From: an uncultured Gammaproteobacteria bacterium
GTDB taxonomy: Bacteria; Pseudomonadota; Gammaproteobacteria; UBA9214
Direction of reading: 5' to 3'
NCBI GenBank assembly: GCA_963773065.1
Contig: CAVYZN010000008.1
Coordinates: 229,752-293,751 of the forward strand
DNA length: 64,000 nucleotides
In this document: one piece after another, positions 56,449 through 64,000 of the stretch
Layout of the letters: each line of letters starts with the position of its first letter
Numbering within the stretch: the stretch's first letter is position 1
Notes under the pieces: model-generated
What the model was told of the DNA's origin: nothing
The model's database searches: none
The model's input: the letters and a program-made list of their open reading frames with translations, nothing else
Translations under genes and position numbers: made by a program

Positions 56449-57222
56449 CCCGCAGCCGTCACCGATTCAGCGAATGGGCGGGAATCGGGTTGATCTGCGA
56501 CGAGGGTGAGGGGCTGAAGGGCGCGGTGGACGTCGTTTCGGGACGAGCGTGCACCATTTTCTCTATCGCCGCCAAGGATCATGGTCCTTGGCGGGGGTTT
56601 TTTCGGCGTTCTGCCAGGCCCAGGACGTGGCTTATCCTCAGCGCGTACTGATCGGAGCGACGCTGTACTCGGCGAAACCTGGTGGGTCTGTCCAGAGGCA
56701 GTCCACAGGGGATGGCAACGCAGGTTCGCCAGGATCTGCGCAAAGGCGTTCGCATACGGATACGCCTCAGAGAACGACAACCAGAGCTTGCGCACCGTGA
56801 TCTTCAGGCGAGCACCGATCTTCAGCAGCTTCAGCCGGATCGTGGTCGACTGCGCGCGCGCGAGCTTGGTGCCTTGCTACCCGAGACGACGCAGAGCGTG
56901 CATCAGCACATAGGCAAACGAGGCGAAGTACAGTCGCAGTTGATTCGCCCGCAGCGTCGCGGCACTGGTGCGGTCAGCGAACAGCCCCAGCTGATGCTCC
57001 TTGATCCGGTTCTCCATCTCTCCGCGCGTGCAGTAGAGCTGCTCGTACAGGCGCTGAGCGCCGGCGCGCTGAAGCAGCAGATTCGTCACCACGAAGCGCG
57101 GATTGGTACCCTTGGGCAGATACTCCGCCTTGCCGATCACTCGATGCCGGCGCGACCAGGATTTGCGCGTGCGATAGTGAAAGTCGCGGTAGCGGCGCGC
57201 GGGCTCGCCCGTGCGCTGATGC
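56449..57222 (-). pseudogene. IS1380-family transposase 3' fragment
   Basis: KAEY...GTNPRFVVTNL, Y..RGEMENRIKE, ANQLRL, TIRLKLLKIGA, WLSFSEAYP. Confidence 0.85.
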
Positions 57223-57703
57223 CCTACACGGGCGACCAGCGAAGGACAACTATGCAGTTCCGGTCGTTCCCTTTTCGCAGTGCTTTTTGATATATCCCGG
57301 GCTAACAGATGCTACCTTCGCACGAGCCACGCCCCAGCCGGCACATGATGTCTGAGTGAGATGCAGTCCGAGTATCTGGAAAGCAACCACGGCATGTACA
57401 ACCGCGTTCCCGCTAGCTGCAGAGATGTCCGAGGGGTGGAACACCGAGTTACTAAGGGTGCCTGCATAATCAGAGACTTAACCATACAACGTACTCCTAT
57501 GTGCCCGGTGATATACAGGGCCAGCAATGATGTGTCATTCTGATTTATTAGTATCATTAGGTTTTACGGGTATCACTGATGTTAAATCAGAATGTCAACA
57601 TTTCGCATAGTGCTGGTCGATCAATCGTTGTATCCCGAAAGGAACCAAGCCGTTTATCATTCTAGTCCGATGTCGTACCCACATTCAGGGCTAGCGCTGT
57701 CCC

Positions 57704-59484
57704 ATGAGTAATTCGGTTCCTTCCTGCCACCCCCGCAACCGGGTCGTATCGGCCGCCCGCAGGCAGCCGACCAGATCGGTTGGACGCGCTGGCTTCCAGG
57801 ACTCAAATCTTGCGCGGGTACGAGTTGGATTGGCTTCATCATGACATCGTGGCCGGGCTGGTGTTGACCACGATGCTGGTGCCCGTGGGCATCGCCTACG
57901 CGGTGGCATCGGGTGTCGGGCATCTATGGCCTCTATGCAACGATCATCCCGCTGCTGGCTTATGCACTGTTCGGTCCCAGTCGCATTCTGGTGCTGGGTC
58001 CCGACTCTGCGCTGGTCGCGGTCATCCTCGCCGTAGTCTTGCAGCAGTCTGGCGGCGATCCCCTGCGTGCCATCGCCCTGGCCGGCATGATGGCCATCGT
58101 GTCCGGGTTGGTGTGCATCGCGGCTGGCCTGGCGCGCCTCGGTTTCATCACCGAACTGCTTTCCAAGCCGATCCGCTACGGCTACATGAACGGCATTGCG
58201 CTGACGGTATTAATCAGCCAACTGCCCAAGCTATTCGGCTTTTCGATGAGAGCAGCGGACCGCTGAGAAACTTATGGGCCATCGCCTCTGCGGTGCTGGA
58301 TGGAATGGCCAACTGGACAACGTTCACGGTCGGCGCAGGCACCCTGGCGGTGATTTTACTGCTCAAGGGCAGCAAGCGCGTGCCGGGTATCCTGATCGCC
58401 GTGGTCGGGGCGACAGTCGCTGTCGGCGCGCTGGATCTTGCTGCGCATGCAGGCGTGTCGGTCCTCGGGTCGTCCCGCAAGGTCTGCCTGCATTCGCTAT
58501 CCCGTGGATCACCACCGCCGATATCGTCCCCGTGCTGATCGGCGGCTGCGCCGTCGCGCTTGTTTCGTTCGCCGACACCAGCGTGCTCTCGCGTGTCTAT
58601 GCGGCGCGGACCCGTAGCTATGTCGACCCAAACCAGGAGATGGTGGGGCTCGGCGTTGCCAACCTGGCTGCCGGATTTTTTCAGGGCTTTCCGATCAGCA
58701 GCAGTTCGTCGCGCACGCCTGTGGCCGAGGCCGCAGGCGCCAGAACCCGGTGACTGGAGTGGTCGGCGCGCTCGCTGTTGCCTTGCTACTGGTGGTGGCG
58801 CCAGATCTGCTGCGGAACTTACCTACCAGCGCACTGGCCGGTGTTGTGATCGCTTCGGCCATGGGGTTGTTTGAATTCGCCGACCTGCGGCGGATCTACC
58901 GCATCCAGCGCTGGGAGTTCTGGCTGTCGGTTGTCTGTACGGTCGGCGTGGCCGTGTTCGGGGCGATTCCGGGTATCGGCCTGGCGATCGTGATTGCCGT
59001 CATCGAATTTCTGTGGGATGGCTGGCGCCCGTACTCCGCGGTGCTGGGTCGTGCCGAAGGCGTCAGGGGCTACCACGACATCACGCGTCATCCCGACGCG
59101 CGCCTCATCCCCGGCCTGGTCCTGTTTCGCTGGGATGCACCCCTGTTTTTCGCCAACGCCAAGCTGTTTCATAACCGAGTGCTGGACGCGCTGGCCACAT
59201 CGCCCACGCCGGTGCGCTGGCTGGTCGTAGCGGCGGAACCGGTGACCAGCGTCAACGTCACCTCCGCCGACATGCTGGATGAGCTGGACGAGATCTTGCA
59301 CGCGGCGGGCATCGAATTGTGCTTTGCCGAGATGAAGGATCCCGTCAAGGACAAGCTGAAGCGATTCGGACTTTTTGCGCGGGCTGGCGATGAGATTTTC
59401 TTTCCAACCATTGGTGCGGCCGTCAGCAGCTATCTCAAGACCCACACGGTGGAGTGGGAGGACTGGGAGGACCGGAGTCCCTGA
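57704..59484 (+). CDS. SulP-family anion transporter with STAS domain (several frameshifts; start uncertain)
   Basis: DIVAGL..VPVGIAYA, GLYA..YALFGPSR, NQEMVGLG.AN, SSSSRT, APLFFANA. Confidence 0.9.
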
Positions 59485-59695
59485 AGCAAAGTCACGCTGA
59501 ATAAACGCGGCTATCCGTCTTCGCTTTTACGGCCACGGTAGCTCACCTCAGACGTTATCCGTGCACATAAGGCAGTAGCCGATAGTTGAAGTCCATAACA
59601 GCATTCCGGAAACGTTCGGAATTGCTTGCGTAGTTGCCCTTCGCAGGACGTCCGTTTAGGACAGGAGTTGGCCGAAACTTGCCATAAGCTTTGAG

Positions 59696-60855
59696 GTGTT
59701 TCAGTTCATCAGAAGTCGCACGCATTGTCTTGTGTTTGCCCTGTGTGTTGTCTGTGCATCGGGAATGCCAGCGTCCGCCACACCGCCCATCGGTCCATCG
59801 CCGCTCGACCGTTTCATCCTGACGCAGATGCAGTTGTCGCACACGCCGGGGCTGTCGGCAGTGATTGTGAAGGACGGGGCGATCGCCTGGCAGGGTGCCT
59901 ATGGCTTCCGCGATGCCGCCGCCACGCAACCGGTTACGCCCGACACCCTTTTCGACTTCGCCTCGCTCTCGAAAACCGTGCTCGCGGTGGACGATCCTAC
60001 AGCTTGCTGGAGCAAGGCCGACTTGCACTCGATAGTGATGTCAGCGTGGCACTGCCCTTCAAGGTGCGCAACCCGAATTTTCCTGACCAGCCGATCACGC
60101 TCCGCATGCTCCTTGGACACGTATCCGGCATCGTGGATAACTGGCCGGTGATCAAGGCACACAGCGTCGAGAATGCCGATGCGCCGGTCTCGCTCCGCGA
60201 CTGGTTTAGCGGCTACCTAACCTCAGGTGGCACCTGGTACTCGAAGGAGGCCAACTTCGCCAGAAACGCGCCCGGTACCGCCTTCACGTACTCGAACCAG
60301 GCCGCCGCGCTGGGCGCGCTGGCGGTGGAGGTGGCAAGCGGTGAGCCCTTCGACCGTTACTGCCGCGAGCATATCTTCACGCCCCTCGGCATGAGTGAGA
60401 CCTCCTACCGGCTCGCCGATCTTGACCTCTCGCATATCGCAATTCCGCAAGCCTGGTACGGCGGTGGCTTCGTGGAACTCGGCCATCAGGGCTTCCCCGA
60501 TTACCTGGCTGGTACGTTGCGCACGAGCGCGCCACAACTCGCACGTTTCCTCCCCATGGTCTTGAATGGCGGCGAATACCTGGACGTGCGCCTGCTCGCG
60601 CCGGCGATGGTGCGGCAGATGCTAACACCACAATACCCATCGCTCGATCCCACCATCGGCATGCTCTGGTTCAGCATCCGGCAGGGCGGTGACATTGTTG
60701 TCGGGCATGACGGTGAAGACCCAGGCGTGAATACGCTGATGTACTTCCGGCCGAAAGACCAGGTAGGCGTGATTGTGCTCGCGAATGGCAACTCCAATTT
60801 TCCGGCGACGCCCGTGGTTGCCGCCCGCCTGTTTGAGGAGGCCGCTCATCTTTGA
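59696..60855 (+). CDS. Serine hydrolase, beta-lactamase/AmpC-like family (frameshift near 59995)
   Basis: FASLSKT (SxxK), ITLRMLLGHVSG, YSN, IFTPLGM, GHDG. Confidence 0.88.
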
Positions 60856-61194
60856 GTCCTGCGGGACGCGGACATCCTGCGGCTAAATAGCATTCCTGTC
60901 ATCCACTGCGATTAGGGAAATGACCGGAGTTGGCCGAACCATGTCATTTGATCCCGTCGTGGGCGGTCCAGATACCGTAACGCGTACTTCCGACCAAAAC
61001 CAGCCTGTCAGATTTCCAAAATAGGCCAACGCCAACTTGGCCAAGAGCGTAAGCGATCCGGTGAAAACGTGTGTTGGATTATGCTGCGGCATCCGAATCA
61101 CCAATGTAAAGACCGTACTTCGTCCTTCGATTATTTTACTGGCCACCGTTCGCTTCGGATTTTATACTGGGGTTCCCTGCTTTCTGTCGCCGGA

Positions 61195-62124
61195 TCAAGG
61201 CACAATCTTCAGTTGGCCTGGATCAAGTAGTAGATAGTGGGCGAAGCTTCCTTCTTTCCGGTTTCCGTCATCGCTGACGATCACGATTCGTTGCCGGCCA
61301 TCGATTACGGCGGGACTAACTCCTTCAGCGTGCTCGAAGCCTTGCAAGCCCGGAACGGTGACACGGCGAGGCGGCTCACCTGACCGTCCGCTCCAGAACC
61401 AGAGTTGGAAGTGAACCTGCTCGCGCGTGACCGGGCCACTGATCACAAGATAGCCGCCTAGTGAGGGAATATAGGACATGCCGCGAATCCCGTGCCCTTA
61501 AATCCAACGTCTCCAGTTCGGCCGCGATCCGTGGTGGCTCGCCCGCTTCGAAGATCGCAGAGGGATTCTCGATGCAGGCGATGATGGCTCGATCGTCGAG
61601 CAACGGACTGCGAAAACCAATCAGCAGGCGCTGCTGGTCGGGGCTTATCTCCAGCGCCTCGATATTGAGTCCTCCGCCATTCTTGACGTCTCGTATCACG
61701 GCCGCATGGGCCAGCACGGGATGCATCACCACCAAAGCGTGCTTCAGTCCTTTGGACACTATTGGCGAAACTACGCGGTCGCCTTCGAGTCGGAACCGGA
61801 CCAATTTGTCGCGGGATTTTTTCTCGTCGCCGTCACCGTCGCGCGAATGTGATGTCAGGGCGAAGATATACCCTGACCGGTCGAGAGCGAGTCCTTCGAG
61901 ATCATCCAGCTTCCAGAAATCATCACCGGACTCCAACAGTCCAGGGCTCAACGGAGTGCCGCTAACGCTCCCATCAGGATTTATCGTGACGAGGCTGAAC
62001 GGATGCTTCTTTTATCTTCGACAACCAGGAAACGCCCGTCAGGAAGCTGCTGGATGGCGGATGGCTCATAGATTCCGGTCAGGGCCAAGAACATGATAAT
62101 GTTGTTGAGGGTCATGATTGCCAT
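61195..62124 (-). CDS. DUF3616-like beta-propeller protein (frameshifts)
   Basis: YEPSAIQQLPDG, DLEGL, TSHSR, LNIEAL, GFRSPL, AEGV, VSDDG. Confidence 0.75.
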
Positions 62125-62532
62125 TGTCTCCTGCTGCGATTATTTTGGGCAACCTGGATTCAGTACAATTGTCTGCTATTGGCCGTACCCGGATATTTAG
62201 CCAGCTCTTCTATTCGCATCGGCGAGGCGACGGAAGCCGACCCATTAGCGTCATCGCGCGATTACGGTTGTGCTTTCCGTTGTGATTACCCGCTTTGCCG
62301 CGGCACGGGCGAGTGGTGCATCCCAAGCCCCCCGGGCAGGCACACCAGCGTTTTTCCCTATCGCCGTGCGTGTGGTCTTGCCACCGTTGCGCTTCACTTG
62401 GCAGCGCTGATGGGGTTGTGTTCGCAGAGCGCGAACATTCGATCACCGCATCGCGATCGCGGTCTCTGCCCCGGTAGGCCGGACAAGTTTTAATTTATTT
62501 AATTTCAATTGGTTGAAATTTCTTCCAGGGAA

Positions 62533-62559
62533 CGGCACTGGTTTCGCACGGCTCCTGCT
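62533..62559 (+). promoter_or_regulatory. Putative sigma54 promoter of peptide gene 1
   Basis: CGGCAC-N5-TCGCA (GG-N10-GC), overlapping TCGCACGGCTCCTGCT; IHF-like TTTCAATTGGTTG just upstream. Confidence 0.6.
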
Positions 62560-62637
62560 CTTTACCAGACATGAGTGCCACAGCGCTCATTACCCAAACC
62601 CGTAACCTTAGACAACTTTAGACTTAGGAGAACTACC

Positions 62638-62886
62638 ATGATGACGATTAAAGATCTTTCCGTAAGCAAAGGAAAGCTGGACCGTAAGGCCATGACCGAA
62701 GTGCGTGGCGGTGGCGATGTCTTCTCGACCAACGTCCAGGGCTCATCCCAGAGCGCAGTCGGCGGCCTGGTGGCCGTCAACGAGAGCACCCAGACCCTGT
62801 TCTCGGAAAACAGCGCCTTCGACTCCAAGTACATCGAGAAGACGCTGGTCGCGATCGGCCAGAACAACGGCCTCGGCATCTTCTAA
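62638..62886 (+). CDS. Double-glycine-leader peptide precursor 1
   Basis: AGGAG RBS; MMTIKDLSVSKGKLDRKAMTEVRGG followed by a Ser/Asn/Gln-rich core. Confidence 0.8.
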   Translation: MMTIKDLSVSKGKLDRKAMTEVRGGGDVFSTNVQGSSQSAVGGLVAVNESTQTLFSENSAFDSKYIEKTLVAIGQNNGLGIF

Positions 62887-62950
62887 ATCGAAGTAGAGGC
62901 CAGCGATCCGCACGCAGACATAGCGGATCCCTATCTCGCAGCACGCCAGA

Positions 62951-62979
62951 GCGGAGGTCTTCGGACCTCCGCTTTTTTT
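62951..62979 (+). terminator. Intrinsic terminator after peptide gene 1
   Basis: GCGGAGGTC-TTCG-GACCTCCGC-T7. Confidence 0.9.
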
Positions 62980-63283
62980 CGATGTCTGCCGCGAACGTCG
63001 GCACCATCAGGATCCGGGATCAGCAGTAGTCTCGCCGGCGCTGAGTACGACGACTGGCCGGTGGTCCCTGCGGCGCAGGCGCTCGGGTGCCATCCCCGCC
63101 CAAGAGCTTGTGCCTCCCGGCTGTCGCACGAGGACGAATCCCCCGCCCTCCCGCGCTGTTGGCTCCAAAACGACTCGAAGACCGGGGACGGCCGCCCATG
63201 GCACCGATGCGCGACGGGCAGAACAATAAAATAGTATTGTTATTCAGCACTCTGTGTCGCACCACTCAAGGCAGCGTGCGACT

Positions 63284-63299
63284 TGGCACGGCGCCTGCA
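63284..63299 (+). promoter_or_regulatory. Putative sigma54 promoter of peptide gene 2
   Basis: TGGCAC-GGCGC-CTGCA with an AT-rich tract upstream. Confidence 0.72.
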
Positions 63300-63398
63300 C
63301 TCATCCCAGCGAGTCCTGACACGCTCAGCAACCGGGTGCAACTACCCAACCGTAACCGACACCTGTTCTATTTATCATTGACTAAAGGAGAGCCGGAA

Positions 63399-63634
63399 AT
63401 GACCAATCTGTTGATTAATGACCTCGTAGAGAGCAAAACTGGATCACGGCGCCATGCTGGCCGTGCGCGGCGGCACTGATCTGACCTCGTTCAACGCCCA
63501 GGCGCTGGCCGCCGAGGCCAAGGGGGGGATTGCGGCCATCACCGCCGCGACCCAAACCCTGGTGAGCCTGAATACCTCGCTCAATCTGGATATTTCCCCG
63601 GGTGACCAATGTCGTTGTGGGGGGTATTGCCTAA
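63399..63634 (+). CDS. Double-glycine-leader peptide precursor 2 (two homopolymer frameshifts)
   Basis: AAGGAG RBS; reconstructed MTNLLINDLVESK-LDHGAMLAVRGG|TDLTSFNAQ...TQTLVSLNT...VVVGGIA*. Confidence 0.75.
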
Positions 63635-64000
63635 GGGCATGCTTCGCCCGCGAGCAGAAAAGACTTTCGTTGGAATCGGCAAGTTCGATATTCCCAATAC
63701 GCGAGTCAAATGAAGGGATACGTCAACGAGCAGGGTCGACCGGACGTCACGCTTCCCATTCCCGGGCGGAGGTCTTCTGAACCCCTTTTTTTTGGACACC
63801 AACAGGGCATGGGGTGGCGGGACCGGTCTGCCGAGCCGGCGGCCAACCGGAAATGAGTCGCGCAGCGTTTTCCCTATAGTTGTGCGCTAGCCGTAGCTAC
63901 CCCTTGAGTGCTCCTATGCTTTCCGATGATCCAGTCGTAAAGGATATCTTACGGCTTACGACCTGCCGGTCGCCGCGCTGATAATCAGATATCAAAAATC

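Overview
GC-rich gammaproteobacterial chromosome segment (Chromatiales/Thiohalobacterales-like by gene order; inference). It has many single-base frameshifts, often in homopolymers, which look like long-read consensus errors. The core backbone runs apaH-folA-thyA-lgt-rlmI, an ArnT/GT2 lipid-modification cluster, yyaL, gcvT-H-PA-tpx-PB behind a tandem glycine riboswitch, ubiI-ubiH-pepP-ygfB, zapA-6S RNA-ygfA-EVE, ilvA/rpiA, two porins, tRNA-Gln, rplM-rpsI, coq7, speD, crp and trpGDC. Accessory region 1 (about 9.1-14.1 kb) holds decayed integron-type cassettes, broken toxin-antitoxin pairs, a MITE and a TIGR04255 three-gene module. Accessory region 2 (about 42.5-64 kb, upstream of trpG) holds IS4, IS1634 and IS1380 elements, a group IIC intron remnant, a pentameric ligand-gated channel, a UDG-like gene and SulP. 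The least explained structures are: (i) a family of 30-bp dyad sites, four times paired at an exact 45-bp period, lying between cargo genes in region 2; (ii) two sigma54-driven double-glycine-leader peptide cassettes at the right end; (iii) 139-140-bp intergenic elements with conserved 29-bp inverted arms around unrelated interiors; (iv) a candidate sRNA upstream of rplM. All protein family calls come from motif recognition by eye, not database searches.
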